In this document: positions 18,060 to 27,884 of the stretch, piece by piece | Position numbering within the stretch: position 1 is the stretch's first letter | Layout: every line of letters starts with the position of its first letter | Assembly: GCA_016188495.1 (NCBI GenBank) | Contig: JACPHU010000009.1 | Location: forward strand, 13,650 to 77,649 | DNA: 64,000 nt | From: Candidatus Uhrbacteria bacterium | GTDB taxonomy: Bacteria; Patescibacteriota; Patescibacteriia; UBA9934; GWF2-40-263 | Reading direction: 5' to 3' | Made by a program: the position numbers and the translations under genes | The notes under the pieces: model-generated | What the model was told of the DNA's origin: nothing | Database searches by the model: none | Seen by the model: the letters and a program-made list of their open reading frames with translations, nothing else

Positions 18060-19460
18060 ATGTTTTTTAGACGCAATATGATTCCTCCTGAGGTTATTGT
18101 AGAAAATAACGAACTTCCCGATACTCCTGGAGTGTATTTTTATTATGATCGAACGGGAGAGTTACTCTATGTGGGAAAGGCGACGTCGCTTAAACGACGG
18201 GTGGGGTCTTATTTTACCAAAGCTCATGAGCGTCGGATTGAAGAGCTGGTCAGCCAGATTGCCCGGATTGACTATGTCCAGACACCTACCGTGATTGAGG
18301 CATTGGTTCTAGAGGCTAATCAGATCAAAGCGTTGCGTCCTAAGTACAATATCCTGCAACGAGATGATAAAACTTTTTTATATCTGGTGATTACCAACGA
18401 GCCGTTTCCTCGTCCGCTTCTGATTCGTGGCCATGAATTGGAGGTGATGGGAGTGAATCCGTTTCAGACGACTCTGTCGCCTGTGGCGAAGAAAAAATTT
18501 TTGCGCGTATTCGGCCCCTATATTAGCGGTCGTTCACTCAAGATTGCGCTTGAACTTGTCCGCAAAAGCATTCCTTGGAGCGATTGCCAACCCCCGGAAA
18601 TCACCGGGCGTACCAGGCCTTGTTTTAATTCTCAAATCGACAAATGTCCCGGCGTGTGTTCCGGAAAGATTTCCAAGCAAGCCTATCGAACCTATATCCG
18701 TCAGCTCATTCTTTTTTTTGAAGGGAAAAAAGCGCGGTTAGAACGAGAGATGGAAAAAGAAATGGAGCAAGCTTCCAAAGCTCTGCGTTTTGAAGAAGCG
18801 ACTGTGTTACGCAGGCGTCTTGGGGCCTTGCAGCATATCCAAGACGTCGCGCTTCTTTCCAAAGAAGATCATGAACTTCCGTTTAAACAAACCCGACCTC
18901 AAGAGGGAATTGATCTTCAAGGACGTATTGAAGCCTACGATATCAGCAATATTTCAGGAACATCGGCTGTTGGGTCCATGGTGGTGTTTGAAGAGGGAAA
19001 ACCAGCAAAAGCGAAATATCGAAAATTCAAAATTAAAACCGTGAATGGTCCTAACGACGTGGCGATGATGGAGGAAGTCATTCGACGCCGGCTCAAGCGC
19101 GCTCAAACCTCTCCACTGAGTTGGTCCTTGCCTCAAGTGATGGTGATTGATGGAGGCAAACCTCAAGTCAATCGGGTACAACATATTTTGGATGAGCTGA
19201 AGATAAAGGTTCCCATTGTGGGGTTGGCTAAAGGCTTTGATCGCAAACAGGATCGCCTCATTTTCGACCGGACGAATACCGATCTTGCGCGTGTCGTCCA
19301 TCGTGGAAAAGAGGTATTTCAGAAAGCGCGCGACGAAGCGCATCGATTCGCGGTTTCGTATCATCGTGCCTTGCGAGGAAGGACGCTGATTCTTTCTAAA
19401 AAGAAAAAGACTTCAGGACGAAGTCTTAGGGCAGCGGAGGAAATAATAGATCATGAATGA
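18060..19460 (+). CDS. uvrC: Excinuclease ABC subunit C (short form, 466 aa)
   Basis: GIY-YIG motif GVYFYYDRTGELLYVGKATSLKRRVGSYF, UvrB-interacting region EATVLRRRLGALQHI, and an RNase-H-like endonuclease domain with IEAYDISN. Confidence 0.85.
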   Translation: MFFRRNMIPPEVIVENNELPDTPGVYFYYDRTGELLYVGKATSLKRRVGSYFTKAHERRIEELVSQIARIDYVQTPTVIEALVLEANQIKALRPKYNILQRDDKTFLYLVITNEPFPRPLLIRGHELEVMGVNPFQTTLSPVAKKKFLRVFGPYISGRSLKIALELVRKSIPWSDCQPPEITGRTRPCFNSQIDKCPGVCSGKISKQAYRTYIRQLILFFEGKKARLEREMEKEMEQASKALRFEEATVLRRRLGALQHIQDVALLSKEDHELPFKQTRPQEGIDLQGRIEAYDISNISGTSAVGSMVVFEEGKPAKAKYRKFKIKTVNGPNDVAMMEEVIRRRLKRAQTSPLSWSLPQVMVIDGGKPQVNRVQHILDELKIKVPIVGLAKGFDRKQDRLIFDRTNTDLARVVHRGKEVFQKARDEAHRFAVSYHRALRGRTLILSKKKKTSGRSLRAAEEIIDHE

Positions 19461-19788
19461 GTTGAGCTGTTTCTCGATTATCAGGAAGCGCTTGCGTACA
19501 GCCTGCCTCGCGCATCTTGACACACCATCCCACGATATTACTGACCGCTATCATGGGACCGTCAAAACGTGCACGGAAATGTCTTGCCAGTGAGAAACTG
19601 GTTGCGCGAATTCGCCAGTCGATTCCTCCCAGTACAATCAAGTCATACACATCTAATCGGTCGAGAGTCTTTATCTGACATATTTCCTGAGCGTTTATTT
19701 GATAAATGATCTCAGATCGTCCGTCTACCAATGAGAGCGCGCCCGAAAGGCTGGAATGCGAATCACAGATAGCAAGGATGTATTTCAT
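19426..19788 (-). CDS. Degenerate receiver-like domain protein
   Basis: 120 aa with REC-like spacing (ILAICDS, DLIVLGG, IAVSN, CVKM), but the acidic pocket is substituted. Its 3' end overlaps the uvrC 3' end. Confidence 0.35.
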   Translation of the reverse strand: MKYILAICDSHSSLSGALSLVDGRSEIIYQINAQEICQIKTLDRLDVYDLIVLGGIDWRIRATSFSLARHFRARFDGPMIAVSNIVGWCVKMREAGCTQALPDNRETAQLIHDLLFPPLP

Positions 19789-19861
19789 GTTCGATCTCCT
19801 CTTTCCCTGATAGAGTTATTCTGAGCCTACCAGGTCTTCCTAAAAAACAAAAATCGTTTGT

Positions 19862-20113
19862 ATGCAAAAAAAACAATCAGAATTTATGACAGAAACAGCT
19901 GGATGGATCGGCGTCCTCTTGATTCTTTTTGCCTATGCTCTTTTGAGTTTCGGATTTATCTCTTCCCAAAGTTTTTGGTATCACGGATTGAATTTTTTTG
20001 GAGGTATTGGAATTATTGCTGACGCTTTAGCCGATAAAGATTATCAGCCCGTTGTTCTTAATCTCATTTGGATGGGAATCGCCGTTTATGCGATCATCCA
20101 AATTGTTCTTTGA
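19862..20113 (+). CDS. Small two-TM membrane protein
   Basis: 83 aa with two hydrophobic helices. Confidence 0.5.
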   Translation: MQKKQSEFMTETAGWIGVLLILFAYALLSFGFISSQSFWYHGLNFFGGIGIIADALADKDYQPVVLNLIWMGIAVYAIIQIVL

Positions 20114-20146
20114 TTTTTTCTCATCTACTCAAAGCAGATCAGTACC

Positions 20147-23100
20147 ATGCTTATGTCATATATTCCTATTGTCTTTAGTAAACGCCATCTTCGTGATCAT
20201 GTTGATTCTTCTTCGTTTAAACGAGGCACTGAATATGAACAGAAGCATCGTGTTCTTTCTTGCGAATACGAAAATTTGACGGTTTTCGGAACCGTTCGTG
20301 GGAACGCTTATGTTCCGTATGCAACAGATTTTATTCTCGGAGAAACAGGAATAGAAGCATCGTCTTGCTCGTGTCCTTTGGGTGAGGTATGTAAGCATGT
20401 CGTTGCATTGGGACTTGCGTTTTTACACAAGGCAACAGGTAGTTACGAAGGTATTTGGATGAGTGAAAAAATGAAAGAGACGACAAAGGTTAATGTCAAG
20501 CGAAAAACTGCTCCTAAACGAAAGAAGGCTGTTGTAGCAACTCCAACTTGGCAGAAATCTGCGCAGCAATGGTTTTCTTTCGAAGAACGTGAAGCCGCAT
20601 CGGGCACGCTGCCCACCACGGGTCGACTCCAGCTCATGTTTCGTTTTGAACGCGATCCTTATGTCAATTTATGGGAATCCTCATCTTCCCTCGCGCAGAA
20701 GTGGCAGCTTCAAATTCGTCCGCGGGTTTTTTATCCACAGACAGGCAAAACGTCTCTTACGGACATTACATGGAAACAGGTAACCTCCCAATGGTTTTAT
20801 CAAACTTTTCGGGTCGTTTCAGAACAGGACATCCTCCTTTTGCGTCAATTGGCTGATGCGTTGGGTTTGATGCTGTATGGCACTTCTGGGGTGTGGGCTC
20901 CTGTGCGGGATCCGTATGCGCGATTTGTGTGGAACGCGCTCACCCAGACCGCACAAAAAGGCGTTGTGTTTCTTTACGGAGAAAAAGCAAACCAGTCGGT
21001 TATTTTTCTGGAGACAGAGCCATTGAGGGAACGCCTTCAACTCACAGAGGAATCCAACGGAGACATTGCGACATCTTTTGATTTTGTCAAGGGAGAAACA
21101 GGGGAACCGATCGAACGTTTCCGCATTTTTCCCATCGGCGATCCTCCCGCGTTCGTCGGTTATCTTTCCGATTCGTTTTCTTCGTCCTCCAAACCATCGT
21201 TTGTTCCTGTTCTTACGGCACTAGGTCCCATTCAACACAGGACGAATGTCAAAAATCAGCGTTCCAGCCTGCGAGTACCTAAATCAGATCGCAGCACTCT
21301 TGAAACGGAATATCTTCCAAAACTCGCAAAAACGTTCGTGATTGAAAGCCAGATTCCGGATCTACGCGTTCCAACCATGGTGACACCCCGTCTTCTTATC
21401 ACCATTCAAAAATCCGGAGCGCAAGGAGTACGCGTCAAAGCGCAATTCAGCTATGAACAAAATTGTCTTCCCCTTCATCATGGTAAAATATTCATTGAAA
21501 CCAAAAAGGGGATGGTTATTCTTACGCAACCAGAAACCGAACAGACGCTGGAGGCGCGTTTGTTCCATACGCTTTCCACGTTTCAAGAAGCCATTGAAAA
21601 AAGAGTAGATTCTCCTTCGGGTTCGAGTGTCCGCGTTAAGTCCTCCTTTACCCTCAAAGCAATGGCGGCTGCACGTTTTCTATTGGAAACCGTTCCTCTT
21701 CTTGAACAGGAAGAGGCCATTGAAATACAAAAGACAGACAATCTTCCTTCCTTTGAAAAGTCAGAAGCTGAGCCTGTGGTCGCGTTTTGCGTTGATGCTT
21801 CTCAAGACGATTCAGACTGGTTTGATTTGCAAGTGAATGTGTCAGTAGGAGGTGCTACTGTTGCGTTTGCTCCGCTCTTTGCCGCATTATCCCGCGAAGA
21901 AGATGAATTACTCTTGGAAAACGGCACGTATTTTTCTCTGCGTCAGCCCTCTTTCGATCGTTTGCGTGAACTTATTCGACAAGCTCGCGAGCTCAAGCCA
22001 ACGGAAGGTGGATGGCAAATGTCGCGTTTTCAGGTCGGATGGTGGGAAACATTAGAAGCCACGGGCATTGTGCAAGAGCAGGCGGATACTTGGACGCAAG
22101 CCGTAGAAGACTTGCGTCGGCTCTCCTCTTTTTCCATTCAACGGGAAACTCCTCCCATTTCTCTTCTCGCATCTTTACGTCCTTATCAGGAAGAAGGCTA
22201 TGCCTGGCTCAAATTTTTGTATGATCGCCGGTTGGGAGGCGTGCTTGCCGATGATATGGGATTGGGAAAAACCGTCCAAACTATTGCTCTTTTAGGAAAA
22301 ATTATTGAGGAAGGAAAGATGAAAAGAATAAAGGCAGGACCCCCTTTTCTCATCATCACCCCGACGAGCGTCGTTGACACATGGGATCAGGAGTTTGAAC
22401 GATTTGCTCCTTCTATACGCCGCGTAATCTTTCGACGCGGGTCGCGCGAACAGCAGTATGCGCAGCTGCCGTCTTGCGACGTGCTGGTAACGTCCTATGC
22501 GCTTCTCATACGCGACTTTAATCGCTTGGAGAACATTCCTTTCGAACTTGTTGTCCTGGATGAAGCGCAATGGATTAAAAATCACCAGTCCAAACTGTAT
22601 AATCTCGTACGGCGGTTAAACGCTAAGAGGCGCATCGCTCTGACTGGAACACCGCTTGAAAATAATCTCTTTGAATTTTGGTCCATTTGTTCGGTCGCGG
22701 CTCCCGGTCTATTGGGTCCGCCAGACTATTTTAAGCAAACGTATCCTCTTCCGGCGGAACAGCCCGAAATTTCTGCCGCATCCATGGAGTGCCTTCGCAA
22801 AAAAGTCGCACCATTTTTTTTGCGCCGAACCAAAGAACATGTGGAACAGGATTTGCCGCCCAAAACGGAACAGATTCTTTCCATTGAACTTTCTGATGCC
22901 CATAAAAACATTTATGACCTCCATTTGCAGAGGGAGCGTCAAAACGTGCTTGGGCTTTTGTCAGAAGGAGGCATGCAAAAGAATCGTTTTCAAATTCTCA
23001 AGTCCCTGACTCGTCTGCGTCAGATCGCCCTGCATCCAGGACTTGTCGGTTCTTCCCACCGATCTATTCCTGTGGAAAAACTGGAACGTCTTGCTTGGGA

Positions 23101-23578
23101 ACTTTCCGAGTTGTCGCAAGGCGGACATAAAGCCTTGGTTTTTAGCCAGTTCACTTCGTTTCTCGCTTTTGTAAAAAAACGGTTGGATGCTGAAAAGATC
23201 CCCTATGCCTATCTGGATGGTTCCACTAGAAATCGACAAGAGATCGTACGACAATTTCGTGATTCCAAAGGACCGCCGGTTTTTCTGATTAGCCTGAAGG
23301 CCGGTGGCGTCGGCCTGAACTTGATTGAAGCGGATTACTGTTTTGTTCTTGATCCTTGGTGGAATCCAGCGGTTGAATGTCAGGCAGTCGATCGCGCGCA
23401 TCGCATCGGACAAACGAAAAACGTATTCGTTTATAAAATGATTGCGAAAGGTACGATCGAAGAAAAAGTCCTGGCTCTCCAGGAAAAGAAAAAAAAGCTG
23501 TTTGACAGCCTCTTTGGAGGTAAGGATGGTTTTACCGCCGTGACCGAGGAAGATGTAAGAAAACTATTGGAGGAATAA
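20147..23578 (+). CDS. SNF2-family helicase with an N-terminal SWIM zinc finger
   Basis: SWIM: CSCPLGEVCKHVVALGLAF. SNF2_N: LRPYQEEGYAWLKF...DDMGLGKTVQTIALL...DEAQWIKN. C-terminal helicase: ALVFSQFTSFL...DPWWNPAVECQAVDRAHRIGQ. Confidence 0.88.
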   Translation: MLMSYIPIVFSKRHLRDHVDSSSFKRGTEYEQKHRVLSCEYENLTVFGTVRGNAYVPYATDFILGETGIEASSCSCPLGEVCKHVVALGLAFLHKATGSYEGIWMSEKMKETTKVNVKRKTAPKRKKAVVATPTWQKSAQQWFSFEEREAASGTLPTTGRLQLMFRFERDPYVNLWESSSSLAQKWQLQIRPRVFYPQTGKTSLTDITWKQVTSQWFYQTFRVVSEQDILLLRQLADALGLMLYGTSGVWAPVRDPYARFVWNALTQTAQKGVVFLYGEKANQSVIFLETEPLRERLQLTEESNGDIATSFDFVKGETGEPIERFRIFPIGDPPAFVGYLSDSFSSSSKPSFVPVLTALGPIQHRTNVKNQRSSLRVPKSDRSTLETEYLPKLAKTFVIESQIPDLRVPTMVTPRLLITIQKSGAQGVRVKAQFSYEQNCLPLHHGKIFIETKKGMVILTQPETEQTLEARLFHTLSTFQEAIEKRVDSPSGSSVRVKSSFTLKAMAAARFLLETVPLLEQEEAIEIQKTDNLPSFEKSEAEPVVAFCVDASQDDSDWFDLQVNVSVGGATVAFAPLFAALSREEDELLLENGTYFSLRQPSFDRLRELIRQARELKPTEGGWQMSRFQVGWWETLEATGIVQEQADTWTQAVEDLRRLSSFSIQRETPPISLLASLRPYQEEGYAWLKFLYDRRLGGVLADDMGLGKTVQTIALLGKIIEEGKMKRIKAGPPFLIITPTSVVDTWDQEFERFAPSIRRVIFRRGSREQQYAQLPSCDVLVTSYALLIRDFNRLENIPFELVVLDEAQWIKNHQSKLYNLVRRLNAKRRIALTGTPLENNLFEFWSICSVAAPGLLGPPDYFKQTYPLPAEQPEISAASMECLRKKVAPFFLRRTKEHVEQDLPPKTEQILSIELSDAHKNIYDLHLQRERQNVLGLLSEGGMQKNRFQILKSLTRLRQIALHPGLVGSSHRSIPVEKLERLAWELSELSQGGHKALVFSQFTSFLAFVKKRLDAEKIPYAYLDGSTRNRQEIVRQFRDSKGPPVFLISLKAGGVGLNLIEADYCFVLDPWWNPAVECQAVDRAHRIGQTKNVFVYKMIAKGTIEEKVLALQEKKKKLFDSLFGGKDGFTAVTEEDVRKLLEE

Positions 23579-23592
23579 AAAATAAAAATGAT

Positions 23593-24225
23593 ATGGCCAT
23601 GGAGTTAACCCATGTTCGTTTTGCTCAGGATTTAAAAGAAGTTCTAAATGTGCAAGATGACGCAGCTTATTATGCAGGAGCGGTTTATCCTGATTCGAGA
23701 TATCTGACAAAGATTGATCGTTCACTTACTCATGGAGGTAACAGCCCAAGAGATCCTTTTACTCCTGGGTTGTCAGATTTTGAAAAAGGTTGGGCAACGC
23801 ATTTGTTTTATGATCGGAATGCTCATCCTCAGTATATTGCTCTCTCACCTTATTCAATCGAAGAAGCGCAACAAGGGAATCGTGTTTGGCAATTTATGTC
23901 TGCCGCAAAAATTGTGGAAGATTTGCAGAGTTACTCAGTCATGAACGGGAATGTGGAAATGATGTTGAACCTTTCTTTTCCCGTATATCCGAATAATGAA
24001 GATTCTCAAATCATGCGAACCTACAGTGCTATTCAAAAAACGTTGTATGGCCATCCGCCTAAGATTAAAGATTATCGTTTGTTTTGGACAAATTTGAACG
24101 GACAATCAGATGTCATCGATGCGGTGATGAAATGCACAAGAGATCTTCTTGACAATGATGATGCTCGGCAACGCATCCAAACGATTTATTCGAGTGTACT
24201 GAATGAGATATTGAATAATCAATGA
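23593..24225 (+). CDS. Hypothetical protein (210 aa), His-rich putative metal-binding
   Basis: ORF 14 nt after the SNF2 stop. Motifs THVRFAQD, AYYAGAVYPDSRY, GWATHLFYDRNAHP; family not identified. Confidence 0.5.
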   Translation: MAMELTHVRFAQDLKEVLNVQDDAAYYAGAVYPDSRYLTKIDRSLTHGGNSPRDPFTPGLSDFEKGWATHLFYDRNAHPQYIALSPYSIEEAQQGNRVWQFMSAAKIVEDLQSYSVMNGNVEMMLNLSFPVYPNNEDSQIMRTYSAIQKTLYGHPPKIKDYRLFWTNLNGQSDVIDAVMKCTRDLLDNDDARQRIQTIYSSVLNEILNNQ

Positions 24226-24289
24226 GATATTAAAATATTTTTGTTGCTTGTTTTTTTTCGCAAAGTTGTTATGGTAAAAAGAGTAAAAA

Positions 24290-24580
24290 ATGATACATGA
24301 TATGGGAAAAGTTTTTTTTGATAAGCACTATAATTTTTTTAAAAAAGATAGCCGTATTTATAATGACGAAATTGATAGAAAGATCGATTTGGTTATTGAG
24401 GCGGTTGAAAAAGGAACTATTTCAAAAGAAAATGCTGTTGAGTTGTTACGAATAGTACTCTCCAAAGAATTGGAAGAAGATGTCCAGTTTCTTGCTTCTC
24501 ATGAATTAACCTTACATCCTAAAAAGTCTCTCTTCGTTTTTTTATTGAATCATTCATCTGTTGTTGAACGTTATGTCTGA
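24290..24580 (+). CDS. Hypothetical protein (96 aa)
   Basis: ORF only; AT-rich. Confidence 0.35.
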   Translation: MIHDMGKVFFDKHYNFFKKDSRIYNDEIDRKIDLVIEAVEKGTISKENAVELLRIVLSKELEEDVQFLASHELTLHPKKSLFVFLLNHSSVVERYV

Positions 24581-24974
24581 TGAAACACCTGCTCACGTTA
24601 CGGCATCTTCAACGACAAAAGAAACAAGACGAGAGGATTTACAGATGCTTTTAACACAATTATCAGAGACGAGTCATAGTCCCAAGTTGACCACAGATCA
24701 AGTAACGAAATTGATAGACCAGCGTTCTAGGGTCCAGGAATATATTCGTGAAGATAAAAAAGAATTTTTTGAACTTGCAAAAATAGATAGAACCAACAAG
24801 CTTCACTTTCTTTATGTTGGAGCCGTAGCAATAATTATCCTTTGTTGGATTGTTCTTAAGTATAAACCAGAATATTTTTCTCAATTATTACAAGCCATCG
24901 TCACCACGTTAGGTGGTTACGGAATAGGTAGATATCAAGGAAAAAAAGAAATTCAGGAACAGGAAAAAGAATAA
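24561..24974 (+). CDS. Hypothetical membrane protein (137 aa, one TM)
   Basis: ORF overlapping the previous stop; hydrophobic segment FLYVGAVAIIILCWIVL. Confidence 0.4.
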   Translation: MLNVMSDETPAHVTASSTTKETRREDLQMLLTQLSETSHSPKLTTDQVTKLIDQRSRVQEYIREDKKEFFELAKIDRTNKLHFLYVGAVAIIILCWIVLKYKPEYFSQLLQAIVTTLGGYGIGRYQGKKEIQEQEKE

Positions 24975-25027
24975 GAAATTTTTGAAGCGTTGAATCCTTA
25001 GGTTATCCACAACTAAATCATTCATGT

Positions 25028-25056
25028 AAAAAATCCCTATATAAGGGATTTTTTTT
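25028..25056 (+). terminator. Rho-independent terminator
   Basis: aaaaaatccct-atata-agggatttttttt. Confidence 0.75.
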
Positions 25057-25081
25057 GATGGTTGGTGATGGTTTGTTTTGG

Positions 25082-25110
25082 TTGACCCGTGTCAGGTGGT
25101 GGAATATAAT
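25082..25110 (+). promoter_or_regulatory. Consensus promoter (TTGACC-17-TATAAT) of the dcw cluster, embedded in GTGG(T/G) repeats (putative MraZ boxes)
   Basis: ttgacc cgtgtcaggtggtggaa tataat, then ggtggtaggtgg aaataa gtgggg. Confidence 0.6.
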
Positions 25111-25194
25111 GGTGGTAGGTGGAAATAAGTGGGGATTGATCGGCAGTTGCTGATTGATGCTCACTTTTATTTAATCCACTTTCACCAGCTTCCT

Positions 25195-25626
25195 GTGTTT
25201 ATAGGCGAGTATAAACATTCAATCGATGAAAAAGGGCGTCTAGCGATTCCTTCAAAGTTTCGCAACGACCTCGCGACGGGGGCTGTTGTGACGCGAGGTT
25301 TAGACACGTCCCTCTTTCTGTTTCCCAAGGAGGAGTGGGGCAAGCTTGCAGAAAAGCTTGCTAGTTTGCCCCTGGGACAATCCAATTCGCGCGCCTTCGC
25401 CCGACTCATGCTTGCGGGTGCTATGGACGTTGAGTTGGACAGACAGGGGAGGGTCGTGTTGCCAGAATACTTGCGTCAATACGCGAATCTTCAGAAAACG
25501 ACCATTATTGCCGGCCTTTATAATCGGCTTGAGATTTGGGATGAAGAAAAATGGGAGGTTTATAAGAAAAAAGTTGAAAGCGATGCAGACGCAGTCGCAG
25601 AACAGTTGGGGCAGTTAGGTATTTAG
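25195..25626 (+). CDS. mraZ: Transcriptional regulator MraZ
   Basis: GTG start giving VFIGEYKHSIDEKGRLAIPSKFR, which aligns with the canonical MraZ N-terminus. Two SpoVT/AbrB-like halves. ORF 25129 would add a non-homologous extension. Confidence 0.8.
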   Translation: MFIGEYKHSIDEKGRLAIPSKFRNDLATGAVVTRGLDTSLFLFPKEEWGKLAEKLASLPLGQSNSRAFARLMLAGAMDVELDRQGRVVLPEYLRQYANLQKTTIIAGLYNRLEIWDEEKWEVYKKKVESDADAVAEQLGQLGI

Positions 25627-25765
25627 AGTCTTTTCATCATTTGGATGTCGAAGTTTGGAGTGCTATTGAGGGGTTTAGTTGAACCTTTTCCCTGAAGGGC
25701 ACTTCAATCTTCGGCAACCAAACTCTTAAATGTTTTGTTTAGGGATTTGATAGGAGGAGGATTTT

Positions 25766-26632
25766 ATGGAACACAAACCCGTCCTTCTTACTGAGGTGAG
25801 CAACTACCTCAGACCGGAGCCGAATCATTTTTTTATAGACGGCACTGTGGGGCTGGGAGGGCATGCGGCGACCTTATTGTCGCATGTCCTTCCTGGCGGC
25901 CGTCTGCTAGGTATCGATCGTGATGCCACAAATTTGGAACGAGCGAAAAAGCGCTTATCTGAATTTAAGGAAGCTGTCGTTTTGGTATGCGACAGCTACG
26001 CCAATATGACTGTTCACGCACAAGCGCACGGTTTTGGCCAGGTTCATGGAATTTTGTTAGACCTAGGTTTTTCCTCAGTTCACGTGGATGATCCAGAACG
26101 AGGTTTCTCCTTTAAGTCTGACGGCCCTTTGGACATGCGCTATGACCGTACTCAATCACTGACGGCTGAAGAGATTATTAACAGCTGGTCAGAGGATGAA
26201 CTTGCGAGAATCTTTCGACAGTATGGTGAGGAACGTCAAGCGCGTCTGATTGCTCAAACAATCACGGCTTCTCGAGCACAAACACCTCTTGTTCGCACCC
26301 ATGAGCTTGCTGAGTTGATTGCACGCACCGTGCATCAACACGGAAAGATTCATCCAGCGACACAGGTGTTTCAAGCATTGAGAATTGCCGTAAACGATGA
26401 ACTTGGAGAACTTCAACGTACGCTCCCAGAGTGTGTAAAACTTCTTGCTTCCGGTGGTCGTTTGGCCATCATCAGCTTTCATTCTCTTGAGGATCGTATC
26501 GTCAAACAGTTTTTTAAGACGCATCCGGATCTGAAGGTGCTGACAAAGCGACCTGTTGTGCCAACACAACAGGAACAGTTTGAAAACCCTCGATCCAGAA
26601 GCGCAAAATTACGCGTTGCAGAAAAAATTTAA
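25766..26632 (+). CDS. rsmH: 16S rRNA (cytosine1402-N4)-methyltransferase
   Basis: MEHKPVLLTEV...DGTVGLGGHA...LLDLGFSSVH...ISFHSLEDRIVK. Confidence 0.92.
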   Translation: MEHKPVLLTEVSNYLRPEPNHFFIDGTVGLGGHAATLLSHVLPGGRLLGIDRDATNLERAKKRLSEFKEAVVLVCDSYANMTVHAQAHGFGQVHGILLDLGFSSVHVDDPERGFSFKSDGPLDMRYDRTQSLTAEEIINSWSEDELARIFRQYGEERQARLIAQTITASRAQTPLVRTHELAELIARTVHQHGKIHPATQVFQALRIAVNDELGELQRTLPECVKLLASGGRLAIISFHSLEDRIVKQFFKTHPDLKVLTKRPVVPTQQEQFENPRSRSAKLRVAEKI

Positions 26633-26661
26633 CTCTATTCTAGACACCCCCACCCCTGTCT

Positions 26662-27030
26662 ATGAGCTTCCCCGTTGCTTCACAATCAATGTCTCTTTCT
26701 GAGCATGCTTCCTCTGAACGTTTTTCCTTGCGTGCTTGGACTGCCAGTCATGTGGTTGCATTGAATATTATTTCTTTGGCTCTTATCTTGTGTTTGGTCG
26801 TTGGATATATTATTCAAGTCAACGCGAGCATTTCCAAGGGGTATCAAATCCGTGATTTAGAGACGACCGTCGATCAGCTTTCTGCGTTAAATGAGAAAAT
26901 TGAAATTCAAAGTCGAAAGGCACAATCCCTTCAGCATGTCGCTTCCTCAGTAAAAATGTTGGGTTTTGTAAAATCGGACATGCCTGAGTACCTGGATCTT
27001 TCCCAATCCTCTTACGTGTTTGCAGAATAG
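26662..27030 (+). CDS. FtsL-like cell-division membrane protein
   Basis: Position after mraZ-rsmH. Single TM (VVALNIISLALILCLVVGYII) followed by a short coiled coil. Confidence 0.5.
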   Translation: MSFPVASQSMSLSEHASSERFSLRAWTASHVVALNIISLALILCLVVGYIIQVNASISKGYQIRDLETTVDQLSALNEKIEIQSRKAQSLQHVASSVKMLGFVKSDMPEYLDLSQSSYVFAE

Positions 27031-27191
27031 AAGATAACGGCTTGCATCATTTCTGTTTGATGTTCAAACAGATCTTCTTGATCAAAAAATAGCACAATGA
27101 GTGCTTTTTTGATTGACAAAAGTATCAAATATTGACAACCTGCCTTGGGGGTTACGGTTGAGAAACGGTTTTTTCGTACATGTGAGGAACC

Positions 27192-27800
27192 ATGCCAGGG
27201 ATACAAAAGGATCTACGAGTCGAGATGAAAGTGAAAAATAACATCCTCTATCGCGCCATCTTTGATTCGGGTTCATGGAAAACTATTAGCACGTTCTGTC
27301 GACATTTCGGCCTTAGTCAGACCAGAGTCGGTGCTCTCCTTAGTTTGAAGATCAGTCCTTTGCGAAAAGATGGTTCTTATTTGAAACTTTGCAAGGACCT
27401 TTCTGCTGTCCTGGCTCTTTCATGCGATGAGCTGTTTCCTCTTCATTTATATAATAAAACAGGGACAAATCTGGTCATCAGGGAAATTTCCTGGGAAGAG
27501 GCAGCGAGATTCGTCTCTAGTGAATTAACAGAACAACAAAATCTTCCTGATGACCTTTTTTTCAGAAAAGAATTGCAAGAACAATTTTCGATCGTTCTTG
27601 GCACGCTCACTCCCTTGGAAGAAAAAGTTATCAGGCTCCTTTATGGGTTTGACGAATCTGAACAGACTCTCGAAGAGGTTGGTGACAGATTTTCTCTGAC
27701 GCGCGAACGTATTCGACAAATTGAACTTAGGGCAATAGGAAAGCTTAGTCGTGTGAGGCGTAGGAAATATATTGAGCCTTTCCTTGAGGTATCGCCTTGA
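27192..27800 (+). CDS. Sigma-70 region-4 (HTH) domain protein lacking regions 2 and 3
   Basis: C-terminus LEEKVIRLLYGFDESEQTLEEVGDRFSLTRERIRQIELRAIGKL is a typical sigma region 4.2. The N-terminal 130 aa have no sigma region 2 motifs. Confidence 0.55.
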   Translation: MPGIQKDLRVEMKVKNNILYRAIFDSGSWKTISTFCRHFGLSQTRVGALLSLKISPLRKDGSYLKLCKDLSAVLALSCDELFPLHLYNKTGTNLVIREISWEEAARFVSSELTEQQNLPDDLFFRKELQEQFSIVLGTLTPLEEKVIRLLYGFDESEQTLEEVGDRFSLTRERIRQIELRAIGKLSRVRRRKYIEPFLEVSP

Positions 27801-27810
27801 GTAAATCTTG

Positions 27811-27839
27811 TCACCGAATAAAATAATTCGGTGATTTTT
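27811..27839 (+). terminator. Rho-independent terminator
   Basis: tcaccgaat-aaaata-attcggtga followed by ttttt. Confidence 0.7.
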
Positions 27840-27884
27840 ATTTCCCTCCTTTTTTCCTTCTATGCTACCATTCCCTCATCTTTT

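Noticed and set aside
27831-27884. GTG start at 27831 for the 409-aa ORF
   Set aside because: The first 18 codons lie inside the terminator hairpin and T-run of the upstream gene.
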